A DNA stretch of 63,887 nucleotides, the filler included. It is 6 parts of 6 records of this genome, joined end to end, with 100 filler letters (N's around TTAATTAATTAA, not from the genome) between each part and the next. Parts side by side here need not be neighbours in the genome. Positions count along the whole stretch, not along the records: positions 1 to 11,669 come from SRR22947725_445; 5 more parts are not named here. One strand, given 5' to 3'. The notes under the pieces are model-generated. The model was not told where the DNA came from, made no database searches, and worked only from the letters and a program-made list of their open reading frames with translations. A program made the translations under genes and the position numbers. This document shows, piece by piece, positions 1 through 10,642 of the stretch (position 1 is the stretch's first letter; every line of letters begins with the position of its first letter).

Positions 1-3
1 TAA

Positions 4-574
4 ATGTCGATTAAATCAGATAAATGGATAAAAGAAATGTCCATTGCAAATGGAATGATAAAGCCTTTTTCCGAGAATCAGGTTAGATTAGATTCAGATG
101 GTAATAAACTTATATCTTATGGTGTATCAAGTTTTGGTTATGATGTAAGGTGTTCAAATGAGTTTAAGGTGTTCACAAATATTAATTCAGCTGTAGTTGA
201 TCCAAAAAAACTTTGATGCTAATAGTTTTGTTGATGTTAAATCTGACGTTTGTGTTATTCCACCTAACTCTTTTGCATTAGCAAGAACCATTGAGTACTT
301 TAAAATACCTAGAAAAGTTTTAACCATATGCCTTGGGAAATCTACTTATGCAAGATGTGGAATCATTGTAAATGTAACGCCTCTAGAGCCTGAGTGGGAA
401 GGTCACGTAACACTTGAGTTTTCTAATACCACAAACCTTCCAGCTAAGATTTATGCTGGAGAGGGCGTTGCTCAAATGATATTCCTAGAATCTGATGAAG
501 ATTGTGAAGTTAGTTATAAGGATAGAGGTGGGAAGTATCAAGGCCAAACAGGCGTAACGCTACCCAAGACTTAG
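4..574 (+). CDS. dcd: dCTP deaminase, split by an apparent 1-nt insertion in an A7 run at 204-210
   Basis: ORF 4..216 gives the N-terminus ([22 protein letters not shown]). ORF 197..574 gives the remainder ([36 protein letters not shown]). Removing one A restores the junction ..VDPKNFDA.. Confidence 0.9.
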
Positions 575-1240
575 AATCTTTTCTAGAGTTAAGGTGTTTG
601 TTCTTTTAGGACTAACATCTTTTATTTTTACAAACATGTAATTCAGTTCTTTTGCCATTAAATAAGTAGTTTTTCTATCTTCATCTTCCCTTATTCTTGT
701 TAGCTCAATACATGAATACTCATCTTCTCCCACTAGGCACTTCTTATCTTCAGACGTTACTGTATAAAAGTTATCTTCAACTTCACCATTTTTTATCTCT
801 AATAAATTTAGATTAAAACTTTTAAGACCTTTAAGGATATTTATTCTAATTTGCACCTGAGCATTTAAAGGGTCAAGCACTTCATATTGAGGACTTTTTA
901 CAGACCATTCATCTCTCCCCAATGAGCTCATCAAGCCTAGCTCTTTATCAATCAATACTTCTTGATCTCTGTTCACAAATCCTGGTTTAACATTAATTAC
1001 ATAACTTATCGTCGAAACTATATCGGCATCAATATTAAAATTTGTTTCAAAATAGAGTCTTGCTAATGTACTTTTGGCCTTAAAAGATAGTGATGAAATG
1101 CCATCCTCGTTTATGGTTAATACTCTCTTACCCTTGAGATTAATTTCAGATGATTTGAATCTATACTCTGCTTCATAGCTTTCAATGCTATATGTATTTA
1201 TTGAAATAAATATAAAGAAAAATAAATAATTAAATTTCAT
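560..1240 (-). CDS. Exported protein, DUF3108-like
   Basis: Signal-peptide-like N-terminus from ATG 1240 ([18 protein letters not shown]), a DPLNAQ motif, and the usual position downstream of purN in gammaproteobacteria. Confidence 0.55.
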   Translation of the reverse strand: MKFNYLFFFIFISINTYSIESYEAEYRFKSSEINLKGKRVLTINEDGISSLSFKAKSTLARLYFETNFNIDADIVSTISYVINVKPGFVNRDQEVLIDKELGLMSSLGRDEWSVKSPQYEVLDPLNAQVQIRINILKGLKSFNLNLLEIKNGEVEDNFYTVTSEDKKCLVGEDEYSCIELTRIREDEDRKTTYLMAKELNYMFVKIKDVSPKRTNTLTLEKILSLG

Positions 1241-1883
1241 AATTTTTTTGAATTGAACCATTTATTACATCCAGGTTTTTAAATACAACATTATTTGATT
1301 TTACATCTAAATATATTGTACCTATACATATATATTGTATGACAAGAGGGAGCATTAAATGTTCAATCTTATGAATCTTTTCTTCTAGCAACCCTTTATC
1401 TTTAATTTCTCCAACATTAAAATTTCCTTGAGCTATTAATGGCCCAGCATCAAGCTCGGATGATACATAATGTATTGATATACCATGTTTTTTATCATTA
1501 TTATCTATAACTTTTTGATGGGTATGCAAGCCTGGGTATAGTGGAAGCAGAGAGGGGTGGATATTAATTATTTTACCATTGAAATAATCTGTAATTTTTG
1601 AAGTTAATATTCTCATAAATCCAGCCAAAACAATTAAATCAGGAGCTAATATAGTTAGTTTTTTTAATAAAGCATCATCAAAAGCTTGACGATTTTCATA
1701 ATCAAGATGGTTGATAGTAATAGTATTTATATTCTCTTTTTGTGCTCTTTTTAAACCAAAAGCTTCAATATTATTAGAAATAACCCCTACAATTCTTCCA
1801 TTTATATTTCCATTATTAATACTATCAATTATTGCTTGAAGGTTTGAACCATTTCCAGAAAGCAAAACCACTATTCTCTTCAT
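1230..1883 (-). CDS. purN: Phosphoribosylglycinamide formyltransferase
   Basis: VLLSGNGSNLQA, LAGFMRIL, NIHPSLLP and LDAGP motifs; follows purM. Confidence 0.97.
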   Translation of the reverse strand: MKRIVVLLSGNGSNLQAIIDSINNGNINGRIVGVISNNIEAFGLKRAQKENINTITINHLDYENRQAFDDALLKKLTILAPDLIVLAGFMRILTSKITDYFNGKIINIHPSLLPLYPGLHTHQKVIDNNDKKHGISIHYVSSELDAGPLIAQGNFNVGEIKDKGLLEEKIHKIEHLMLPLVIQYICIGTIYLDVKSNNVVFKNLDVINGSIQKNYEI

Positions 1884-1898
1884 ATATGCTTCTGAATT

Positions 1899-2927
1899 TT
1901 ATTCAAAGGAGATTTGAGTTTCAGAATTTATTTCAACACATCCAATTTCATAATTATTATAACCATGATCACTTATCAATGACCTAATAGATGAAGCATC
2001 GCTTCCATTCACGATTAATACCATTCCAATTCCACAGTTAAAGATTCTAAACATATCTTTTTCTTTGATATTTCCATTATCTTTTAGCCACTTAAATTCC
2101 TTTGGAAAATCCCATGATTCTTTTAGGATTCTAACTGAAAGATCCTTAGGAATTGCTCTAGGAAGATTTTCAGTTAAGCCGCCACCAGTTATGTGACTCA
2201 TTCCTTTAATTGCATAATTTTTTATTAGGTCTTTAATTAAATTTGGATACAGATGAGTGGGCTTTAAAAATAATTCAACCATTCTATCCTTTTCGTCTTC
2301 TGAGCAATCACTATGTTCTAAAACTTTTCTTATAAGGGAATAGCCGTTTGAATGAGCTCCATTAGACTCGATTCCAATAAGAACGTCACCATCTTTAATA
2401 TCTGTACCCTTAATTATTTTATCCTCATCAACACAGCCAACTGAAAAGCCAGCTAAATCAAAGTTATTATCAATATAGTGACCGGGCATCTCTGCTGTTT
2501 CACCCCCTAAAAGAGCACAACCTGACTCTTTACAAGCTCTTGCTATACTGCCAATTATCAGCGAGGCTTCGTCAACATTTAATTTAGATGTTGCGAAGTA
2601 ATCTAAAAAAAACAATGGTTGTGCGCCACAGGTAACTAAATCATTTACACACATTGCAACTAAATCTTGCCCAATATTTTCTAATTTATTATATTGTTGT
2701 GCTAGAGCAACTTTAGTCCCAACTCCGTCTGTACAGGCAACCAAAACTGGATTATTAAAGCCTTTATTTAATTTATACATCCCTGCAAAACCACCAATAC
2801 CTCCTAAAACATTTTCCCCTTGTGTCAGCGCAACATCACCTTTAATAAGTTCAATTAAATTATTACCAGCTGTAATATCAACCCCTGCAGATTTGTATGG
2901 ATCATTATCTATATTTTCTTTTGTCAT
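1899..2927 (-). CDS. purM: Phosphoribosylformylglycinamidine cyclo-ligase
   Basis: YKSAGVDI, TDGVGTK, AMCVNDL, GGETAEMPG, HSNGYSL and HITGGG motifs. Confidence 0.98.
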   Translation of the reverse strand: MTKENIDNDPYKSAGVDITAGNNLIELIKGDVALTQGENVLGGIGGFAGMYKLNKGFNNPVLVACTDGVGTKVALAQQYNKLENIGQDLVAMCVNDLVTCGAQPLFFLDYFATSKLNVDEASLIIGSIARACKESGCALLGGETAEMPGHYIDNNFDLAGFSVGCVDEDKIIKGTDIKDGDVLIGIESNGAHSNGYSLIRKVLEHSDCSEDEKDRMVELFLKPTHLYPNLIKDLIKNYAIKGMSHITGGGLTENLPRAIPKDLSVRILKESWDFPKEFKWLKDNGNIKEKDMFRIFNCGIGMVLIVNGSDASSIRSLISDHGYNNYEIGCVEINSETQISFE

Positions 2928-2944
2928 TTAGAATACCTATTGTG

Positions 2945-3973
2945 ATGAATTATTTTAACAACAACATCAATTATATATTTCTTTTAATAATTATCTTTTC
3001 TAATTACTCCTTTGGAAAGGAGTTTGATAAAATTTTTGAAATTAATCACGAGATAAAGAGCGGAGAAAGTATTGATAAATCTCTAAATCAGTCATTTGAT
3101 AAGATGATTTATAGACTGAGCGGCTCAACTAAACCATCTAATATTTGGAAAATAATTAATGCTGGCAATTCACGCAAAGATTTTATTGTAAAATATACTG
3201 TAAAGGATTACAGAGGCAAGCCTCACATTTCTTCTCAATTCAATCAAGCTCTTCTTGAACAAACTTTTCGTAAATTAAACATACCAATTATTGGCAAATC
3301 AAGACCTGTTTATATGGTTTTATTGGAAATTGATAATGGTGTGAACAATCCATATTTTGTTTCTGATATCTCAACAAATGAAATGGATGTACATTTTCAA
3401 AATAAAATTGCTAAATTTTCTTCAAGAAGGGGAGTTTATATAGATTTACCAACATTTGATTTGAGAGATGCCGAAAACCTCTTCTCATATAATTACTTAA
3501 TTGATCCAAATAAGTACCTTGAATCAAAATATGAATACGATCATTTGATTAATATTAAGGCAACTAAAGTTGGTATTAATGAGTGGGACTTGAGAGGAGA
3601 GCTTGAAGAAACCCTTATAACAGAAAATTTCAATAGAGATTTTTCAATTAAATTTTTTGATATGCTTGATTCTAAAGTTTCCTATTTTTTGAAATTAATT
3701 AGCATCTCATATGAAACTAACAACATTTTTAATATTAAAATTGAAGGTATCAATAATGCCAATGAGTATGAAAAGATAAAAGAGTTGCTCAATAAAATAA
3801 TTGGTATTAATGGTATAAAAGTTAACAAGTTTTCATCCAAAACCTTATATTGCCAAGTTAATTTTTATGGCCAGTTTCAAACTCTTATAAAAGAGATCGA
3901 AGAAAATTCATATCTCAATTTAATAGAAACTAATGATACCTCTAACAATATCCATATAAAATATAAGTCATGA
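2945..3973 (+). CDS. Exported protein, DUF2066-like
   Basis: Signal-peptide-like segment after ATG 2945 (or GTG 2942), RLSG and PIIGKSRP motifs; divergent from purM as in many gammaproteobacteria. The start is inferred. Confidence 0.6.
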   Translation: MNYFNNNINYIFLLIIIFSNYSFGKEFDKIFEINHEIKSGESIDKSLNQSFDKMIYRLSGSTKPSNIWKIINAGNSRKDFIVKYTVKDYRGKPHISSQFNQALLEQTFRKLNIPIIGKSRPVYMVLLEIDNGVNNPYFVSDISTNEMDVHFQNKIAKFSSRRGVYIDLPTFDLRDAENLFSYNYLIDPNKYLESKYEYDHLINIKATKVGINEWDLRGELEETLITENFNRDFSIKFFDMLDSKVSYFLKLISISYETNNIFNIKIEGINNANEYEKIKELLNKIIGINGIKVNKFSSKTLYCQVNFYGQFQTLIKEIEENSYLNLIETNDTSNNIHIKYKS

Positions 3974-4521
3974 GCAGATACTTTATATTTATTCCTAATT
4001 TCCTATCCATCGTAAGAATTGGTTTGGTGTACCCAATTTTAAATAATATTAATAATGCAGATTTCATTCAAAGCTTAATATTTTTTGCTCTAGCTTCAAT
4101 AACTGATGCGCTGGATGGATTTTTGGCAAGAAGAATGTCTTGGCAAACAGATTTAGGTAAAATTCTAGATCCAGTAGCTGATAAAATTCTTTTGTCAGGC
4201 TCCATATTTATATTGTGGATTAATGACCTTTTACCTTTTTATGTATTCTTTATATTACTGGCTAGAGACGTGATAATTCTTTTGGGCGCCTCTATTCACA
4301 TGACAATTATAGAGACTGGGACACCCTTACCAAATTTAATTGGAAAGGCAACAACAGTTTTTCAAGTAATTTATATTATTTTAATTTTAGTATTTAAAAG
4401 TTTTTCTTACGAATTAAGTCTCGACTGGTTAGGTTTTACCGTTTCAGCTTTAACTCTGATAAGTTTATATATATATGCTCAGACATGGTTTAGGGTCCTT
4501 AAAAAGAACCATAATGACTAA
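3970..4521 (+). CDS. CDP-alcohol phosphatidyltransferase family protein
   Basis: IPNFLSIVR and the signature TDALDGFLAR..TDLGKILDPVADK. Confidence 0.92.
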   Translation: MSRYFIFIPNFLSIVRIGLVYPILNNINNADFIQSLIFFALASITDALDGFLARRMSWQTDLGKILDPVADKILLSGSIFILWINDLLPFYVFFILLARDVIILLGASIHMTIIETGTPLPNLIGKATTVFQVIYIILILVFKSFSYELSLDWLGFTVSALTLISLYIYAQTWFRVLKKNHND

Positions 4522-5197
4522 TCCGAAACAGTTAACATTCCCTTGGGAGAAGAATTTTAAAGCATCATTTGATGGCTTCTTTTGTGATAATAAGAATATT
4601 GATCTAATAGATAACTTAAAAGCAGATAAGGGTGATGATATGTTCATCTATGGACCTTCAAACATTGGAAAAACTTACTTACTACAAGCAGCAACTAGTT
4701 TTTATAGTGATTTGCAAAAAACTCCATTATATATACCTCTATCAGAGGTTAAGAAGTATGACACTAGTATCATAGATGGCGCCTGCGAAGCGGATATAGT
4801 ATGCGTTGATAGTATTGATGAGGTGGTTGGATTGATGGACTGGGAAGTTGGCTTATTTAATCTGATCAATGATGCTTCGCAAACTAGTTGTAGGCTAATC
4901 TTCTCAGCTTCTATTAATATTGGAATGCTTAATTTTGTCCTGCCTGATCTAGAGTCAAGGGTTAGAAAACTTAGTTCTTTTGAAATGTTCTCTGTGCAGG
5001 ATAAAAATCTTAATCTTGCACTCATGCATATTGCAAACTTTAGATCAATTAATCTTGGTGAAAGGGAAATTAACTACTTACTTTCATATACAAAAAGAAA
5101 TTTGTCTGACTTAGTTCGGATAGTCGAGAGGCTTGACAGCCTCTCGATGGAACTTAAAAGAAAAATAACAATTCCTTTGATTAAAGATTCTCTATAG
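4514..5197 (+). CDS. hda: DnaA regulatory inactivator Hda
   Basis: N-terminal clamp-binding-like QLTF, Walker A-like GPSNIGKT, LFNLIN and LPDLESR. ATG 4514 chosen as the start. Confidence 0.88.
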   Translation: MTNPKQLTFPWEKNFKASFDGFFCDNKNIDLIDNLKADKGDDMFIYGPSNIGKTYLLQAATSFYSDLQKTPLYIPLSEVKKYDTSIIDGACEADIVCVDSIDEVVGLMDWEVGLFNLINDASQTSCRLIFSASINIGMLNFVLPDLESRVRKLSSFEMFSVQDKNLNLALMHIANFRSINLGEREINYLLSYTKRNLSDLVRIVERLDSLSMELKRKITIPLIKDSL

Positions 5198-7022
5198 CAT
5201 CACATTCAAAACAATAAGCCATAATATTTTCTTCTTCTGGATTAATAATTTTTGAATATTTAGATGATTTTTCTAATAATATTTTCAAGCTTGGATCAAC
5301 TTTGACTTGATAATCAATATTCTTAAGTATTTCTTGTAAGAATAGATCAAGAGGGCCAGGTTCTTTTTTATATGTTTTTACAGAATAATCTTCTATATCT
5401 GCCATATTAGCTGCTGAAATTAGCGCATCTTCTAAATCACCTATTTTATCAACAAGACCTAACTCAAGAGCTTTAACACCTGACCAAATTCTTCCTCCAG
5501 CAATAGGGAGAACATCTACATAAGCCATATCCCTATTTTCTGCTACTTTTGTCACAAACTTTTTATAAGTGTTATCTACACTCGATTGAACCATATCTTT
5601 GATATAGCCTGGCATAGCTTCTCTTGGATCCCACTCACCAGCTTTAGTTGAACTTACCCCATCAACTTTAATTCCTGCCCAGTCATACAAACCATCCATA
5701 GTCGGTACAATTCCATACACACCAATTGAGCCGGTTAATGTATCTTCTTCAGCCCAAATTTCATCTGAGTTAGTAGTCACCCAAACACCACCAGATGCTG
5801 CCACATCTCCCATTGATGCAACTATTGGCCTTCCTGTATTTTTAAACTCATTTAATGCATTTGTTATAAGTTCACTCGCCCACACATCACCACCAGGGCT
5901 ATTTACTCTTAAAACCATTGCTTTTACATCTTCATCTTTTGTAGCAGATTGAATATTTTTTACTATAGTGTCTGACCCAGCAACATTAAATGCAGCTTCT
6001 CCAGTCATAATTGCCCCTTCAATATTAACAACAGCTATTTTATTGGAAGATTTATTTGTATCACTTTCCAAAATACTTAAATATTCATCAATAGAAATAC
6101 TATCAGGGAATGCATAAATATCTTCTTCATTATTAGGGAATTCTTCAAACATATAACTTCTTATTTCTTCTCTAGTTACAACCATATCAACTAAGCCTAA
6201 ATTTAGGGCAACTTGAGCAGGCTCTGGTTCTTTAGTAAGCATTTTATGAACATTATCACCATAGTTTTGAATTGTTCCCTCTGGTAATTGTCTGCCTTCT
6301 TCCATCATAGAGGTCATCTTATTCCACATTGGAACTGCAAATGCATTCCATGCAATTTTATCATTTTCACTCATTGAATCTCTTGTGTATGGCTCAGGCC
6401 CAGATTTAAAATCTCCGGCAGTGAAAACGTTATAATTTAATTTTATATTTTTATAAAGATCAACGTAGTATTCCCTTTTTCTTGAAAATCCAAAGGCTTC
6501 AACTCCACCATACTCATTAACCAAAACTTCATTTGCTTGAGAGCTTATTAGGTAGGCATTATTTCCATATCCTTCAGCGTATGCAATTACTCTTTTCCCA
6601 CTATCTCTAATATTCTTAACTGCCTCAGCTATTTTAAAAGCAGATGCCCAGTACATTCCCAGCTCGGAAACATTTATATAAACTGCACTTAAATCATCAT
6701 CCGTTGCAGCAGCACCAAGAACATCTAATAAATCCTGTAATGCATATTGCTTTGCTTCTGAACCTCCATTTAATAAATCTTCAATTGAAATGTTATTGCT
6801 GCCATAAACCTCAGCATCCACAACTACACCGATTGGCTTGAACCATAAAACCTTGTTTTCGGCTGAAACCTCTTCAGAGTCACCAAAAGAAGTAAATATA
6901 CCACCAAGGAATGTGAAGGTGAGTGCTATTAAAACTATAGCTGTCACACCATTGACAAGTATTTTTCTTGTCATAGCTAAGAAACTATCTGCCTGTTTCC
7001 AAATTGAATTTGATTTACTCAT
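5181..7022 (-). CDS. sppA: Signal peptide peptidase SppA (protease IV, long form)
   Basis: GDFKSGPEPY (catalytic Lys), LRVNSPGG, AASGG (catalytic Ser), TGSIGV; one N-terminal TM segment. Confidence 0.95.
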   Translation of the reverse strand: MSKSNSIWKQADSFLAMTRKILVNGVTAIVLIALTFTFLGGIFTSFGDSEEVSAENKVLWFKPIGVVVDAEVYGSNNISIEDLLNGGSEAKQYALQDLLDVLGAAATDDDLSAVYINVSELGMYWASAFKIAEAVKNIRDSGKRVIAYAEGYGNNAYLISSQANEVLVNEYGGVEAFGFSRKREYYVDLYKNIKLNYNVFTAGDFKSGPEPYTRDSMSENDKIAWNAFAVPMWNKMTSMMEEGRQLPEGTIQNYGDNVHKMLTKEPEPAQVALNLGLVDMVVTREEIRSYMFEEFPNNEEDIYAFPDSISIDEYLSILESDTNKSSNKIAVVNIEGAIMTGEAAFNVAGSDTIVKNIQSATKDEDVKAMVLRVNSPGGDVWASELITNALNEFKNTGRPIVASMGDVAASGGVWVTTNSDEIWAEEDTLTGSIGVYGIVPTMDGLYDWAGIKVDGVSSTKAGEWDPREAMPGYIKDMVQSSVDNTYKKFVTKVAENRDMAYVDVLPIAGGRIWSGVKALELGLVDKIGDLEDALISAANMADIEDYSVKTYKKEPGPLDLFLQEILKNIDYQVKVDPSLKILLEKSSKYSKIINPEEENIMAYCFECDAIENL

Positions 7023-7080
7023 TTATATCTCCATAAAATTTAATAGTGAATAATAATGTAACGAATTTAAAATGTAAAGG

Positions 7081-7416
7081 TTACTTTACACTATTGATTT
7101 TCTTGGGACCGAATAAACAATGAATAAATAAATATATTATTAGAATTAACTCAATCACATCTAAATAGAATATTGCTATCCCAAAAACCCTTAAAGAAAC
7201 AAAAAGAAAATAGATTAGCAAAATAAAACAAAAAACTTGATAAGATTTTGATGAGTTTAATGCTGCTTTATATATAAATATGATTAAAGGGATGGACCAT
7301 ATTAAAAAAGTAATTAGAGTTATTCTTCCAGACATAAATATTAAAAATTTAGTTGCTATTAATAGAAATGTCAGCACCATTGTTATATTTCTATAACTAT
7401 TCAAATTAAGACTCAT
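7081..7416 (-). CDS. Small membrane protein, DUF2069-like
   Basis: 111-aa hydrophobic protein overlapping the wrbA stop; FCFILLIYF resembles DUF2069, which normally follows wrbA. Confidence 0.55.
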   Translation of the reverse strand: MSLNLNSYRNITMVLTFLLIATKFLIFMSGRITLITFLIWSIPLIIFIYKAALNSSKSYQVFCFILLIYFLFVSLRVFGIAIFYLDVIELILIIYLFIHCLFGPKKINSVK

Positions 7417-8009
7417 TCTGTCATTTTTATAATTTGATTAGCTAGCCTAGAACCTGATTTTTTAGCTATTTGATACTCATGAGGTGTTAGTTGTGAGCTA
7501 GAGTTGAAACTTTCAACATGGGATGGGCCATAAGGCGTTCCACCTGCCTTAGTTTTACTAAGTTCATTAAATGAATAGGGCGTACCTTGAACTATCATTC
7601 CGTGATGCAGCATATAGGTAATTAAGTTAAACAAAGTTATTTCCTGACCTCCATGCATTGAACCAGTTGATGTGAATGCAAGACCAGGCTTATCAACTAA
7701 TTGGTTTGTTGCCCATAAATCACCTGTTGAATCTAAGAAATATTTTAAAGATGATGCCATTGAACCAAATCTTGTTGGTGATCCAATCGCTAATCCTGAA
7801 CATTCAATTAGGTCCTCTTTACTACAATATACTTCATCTTCCTTAGGAATGGATGGCTCTATTTTTTCAGTATTTGATGAGATTTTTGGAACTGTTCTTA
7901 TTTTCACTTTCATACCAGACTCCTCAGCACCATCAGCTATTGCATGTGCTAAATTTTTAGTAGATCCAGATGCGGAGTAAAATAATATTAGTAAAAATCT
8001 CTTATCCAT
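7413..8009 (-). CDS. wrbA: NAD(P)H:quinone oxidoreductase WrbA
   Basis: YSASGST, GSPTRFG, STGSMHGGQE and GGTPYGPSH motifs. Confidence 0.95.
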   Translation of the reverse strand: MDKRFLLILFYSASGSTKNLAHAIADGAEESGMKVKIRTVPKISSNTEKIEPSIPKEDEVYCSKEDLIECSGLAIGSPTRFGSMASSLKYFLDSTGDLWATNQLVDKPGLAFTSTGSMHGGQEITLFNLITYMLHHGMIVQGTPYSFNELSKTKAGGTPYGPSHVESFNSSSQLTPHEYQIAKKSGSRLANQIIKMTE

Positions 8010-8029
8010 ATATTAAACTTTAGTTTAAA

Positions 8030-8485
8030 ATGATTAGTATGAAAAATTTAATTATATCTGCATTATGTATATTGTGTTTAATTGGATGTCAAAAAAATGA
8101 CATACAAATTCACAATGGTGATAACACATCATTATCCAAGCTTAATGAATCATGGTTGGTAATTAATTACTGGGCTGATTGGTGTCCTCCTTGTCTCAAG
8201 GAAATGCCTGAATTAGTTGATTTTGCAAATCAAAATAAAGATATAAATGTTTATGCCTTTAATTTTGATCGACTTGATATAGAGGATTTAGATCCACAGA
8301 TAAAAAGGTTTGGTGTGAAAATACCATCTATAATTTCCTATCCTGGAGATATCTGGGGTATGGAATCTCCGCAAACACTTCCAGCCACTTACTTCATTAA
8401 TACAGAAGGTGTTGTTGTAAAGTCATTATTCAAACCACAAACAGCTGAAACCTTAAACGAAATTCTCTTAGAGGTTAGAGGTTAG
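8030..8485 (+). CDS. TlpA-family disulfide reductase, lipoprotein
   Basis: INYWADWCPPCLKEMP, LPATYFI and an LIGC lipobox; the start may be ATG 8039. Confidence 0.9.
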   Translation: MISMKNLIISALCILCLIGCQKNDIQIHNGDNTSLSKLNESWLVINYWADWCPPCLKEMPELVDFANQNKDINVYAFNFDRLDIEDLDPQIKRFGVKIPSIISYPGDIWGMESPQTLPATYFINTEGVVVKSLFKPQTAETLNEILLEVRG

Positions 8486-9269
8486 ATATTGTTTTCACAA
8501 TATTATTGTTTAAGAACAACTCTGGATTAACCCGCTCTTTATTTAGATAAACAGTCCAGTGAAGGTGAGGTCCTGTAACTCTTCCTGTAGAACCAACTAA
8601 CCCAATTTCTTTTCCTTTTTTAATAACCATTCCTTCTTTTACATTAACTCTGCTCATATGACTATAAGAAGTTAGTAGTCCCATACCATGGTCTAGTAAT
8701 GCATACTTTCCACCATAGAAAAAATCTCCAACAAGGATTACCTTACCAGCTGATGGTGAGAATATGGATGTCCCCTCAGGTGCAGCAATATCAAGCGCCA
8801 TATGAGGCGATCTAGGCATATCATTAATGTATCTTTTTTTTCCAAACTTGCTGGAAATAATACCATCCACAGGCAACTTAAAGTCTAGATCTGAAAGTAA
8901 TATATCAGAATATGTCCCAATACTACCTCTGATTAAAAGTGCTTCTTTTGTTGCTCTAGCTTGATTCTCGGCACTTAGAGACACTTTAGATGAATCAGTT
9001 ATATTAATTCGAGATTCACCATAATTTTTTGGACTTATAACAATTTTATTATTTTCAATATTTACAATATTTTCTATAAGAGAGTAGGGCACTCCAAAAA
9101 TTGCATATTCAGAACCCTCATATTCTTTAGATAAGATTTTTGCATTTTCAGCATTAATTTCATTAAATGGAGCAATAATAATTCCACCAGATACTCCAAT
9201 TATTGTATTATTTGCAAAAATTAAATGATTAAAAAAAATGCAAAATAAAAAAAATAATTTCTTATTCAT
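8475..9269 (-). CDS. M23 family metallopeptidase
   Basis: HMALD (HxxxD), YSHM, GRVTGPHLHW; signal peptide. Confidence 0.92.
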   Translation of the reverse strand: MNKKLFFLFCIFFNHLIFANNTIIGVSGGIIIAPFNEINAENAKILSKEYEGSEYAIFGVPYSLIENIVNIENNKIVISPKNYGESRINITDSSKVSLSAENQARATKEALLIRGSIGTYSDILLSDLDFKLPVDGIISSKFGKKRYINDMPRSPHMALDIAAPEGTSIFSPSAGKVILVGDFFYGGKYALLDHGMGLLTSYSHMSRVNVKEGMVIKKGKEIGLVGSTGRVTGPHLHWTVYLNKERVNPELFLNNNIVKTISNL

Positions 9270-10626
9270 TCGTAATTTCTTGAATTTTCAATTTAGCTGA
9301 ACCTTTTCCAAATCTTGCTACAACTTCTTCATTTAATTTAATCTTTGAAGCAGTCTTAATTGCTTCACCTTTCTTATTTTGTATTATTGAGTAGCCCCTA
9401 TCTAAAATTGCTAAGGGGTTTAGCATTAATAAGCTTTTTTGAATTTGCTCAATTTTATTTTTTTTTGATACAGCAATGTTTTTAACATTAGAATGTAAGG
9501 TCTGATTTAAAGTATTAGTTTTTTCGCAAAGTTTTTGAATGAGGTTTACAGGATTTCTTTCCTCTAAAATTCTTGTTAAAAACTTAAGGTTTTGAGTGCT
9601 TTTATATAAAGTGCTTTTTAGAGATTGTTTCATTTGGATTTCCAAATTATCAATCTTTTGTACTTTTTCTCTTAAAATAGAAGCTGGATTTTTAAGATTA
9701 GCCTTTAATAACTCAAGAGCTTTTTTTCTCCTTTCAATCAAGGACTTATACTCTGCGATTATCTCATCTTTTAAACTTACAAGGATATCACTAAGCCTGA
9801 AGTAATTTTCAGTAATTATCTCAGCAGCAGCGGTTGGTGTTGGCGCTCTCATATCGGCAACAAAATCCGTAATTGTAAAATCAATCTCATGACCAACACC
9901 AGAAATAATTGGAACTTCAAAGTCATATATAGCCCTTGCCAGTTCCTCATTATTGAAACACCATAAATCCTCTATTGACCCACCACCACGGGTAATTATC
10001 ACAGCATCAATATTAGCTTGATTTAATTCATTAAAATTTTGTATTCGTCCAAGCGCACTAATAATTGTTTTAGAAGCAGTCTCACCTTGAACAACTGCTT
10101 CGCTTATTGAAACTTTAGAAAAGGGACATCTCCTTTTAAGTGAAGATAGAACATCTTGGTAGGCAGCCGTTGATGGTGAGGTAATAATGCATATATGTCT
10201 TGGAAATTTAGGCAAAGTTTTTTTTGCCATTAAATCAAATAAACCTTCAGAGTCTAATTTGCTTTTAAGCATTTCAAATTGTTGCATTAGATCGCCAGCT
10301 CCAGCAAGCCTCATAGACTTAGCTATTAATTGGTAATCACCTCTTGCAGCGTAAATACTTACTTGACCAGTAAGTATGCATTTATCACCATTTTTAGGAG
10401 AAAATTTAAGCCTTGAGTTAGCATTTCTAAACATTGCACATCTTATCGATCCGCTTTCATCTTTTAATGAGAAGTAAATATGACCAGATGATGGTTTTGA
10501 AAGATTAGATATTTCTCCCAAAACAGATACATTATTAAAGCTATTTTCTAAAAGTCTTTTTGCAGCATTATTTAATTCGCTAACTGAGATAATTTCATTA
10601 TTCTGTTCTACAATGCTTTGTTCCAT
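9262..10626 (-). CDS. xseA: Exodeoxyribonuclease VII large subunit
   Basis: GEISN..SGHIYFSLKD, RGGGSIEDLW, GVGHEIDFTI, RAPTPTAAAE, LDRGYS. Confidence 0.97.
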   Translation of the reverse strand: MEQSIVEQNNEIISVSELNNAAKRLLENSFNNVSVLGEISNLSKPSSGHIYFSLKDESGSIRCAMFRNANSRLKFSPKNGDKCILTGQVSIYAARGDYQLIAKSMRLAGAGDLMQQFEMLKSKLDSEGLFDLMAKKTLPKFPRHICIITSPSTAAYQDVLSSLKRRCPFSKVSISEAVVQGETASKTIISALGRIQNFNELNQANIDAVIITRGGGSIEDLWCFNNEELARAIYDFEVPIISGVGHEIDFTITDFVADMRAPTPTAAAEIITENYFRLSDILVSLKDEIIAEYKSLIERRKKALELLKANLKNPASILREKVQKIDNLEIQMKQSLKSTLYKSTQNLKFLTRILEERNPVNLIQKLCEKTNTLNQTLHSNVKNIAVSKKNKIEQIQKSLLMLNPLAILDRGYSIIQNKKGEAIKTASKIKLNEEVVARFGKGSAKLKIQEITNE

Positions 10627-10642
10627 TTATTAATTATACTTT

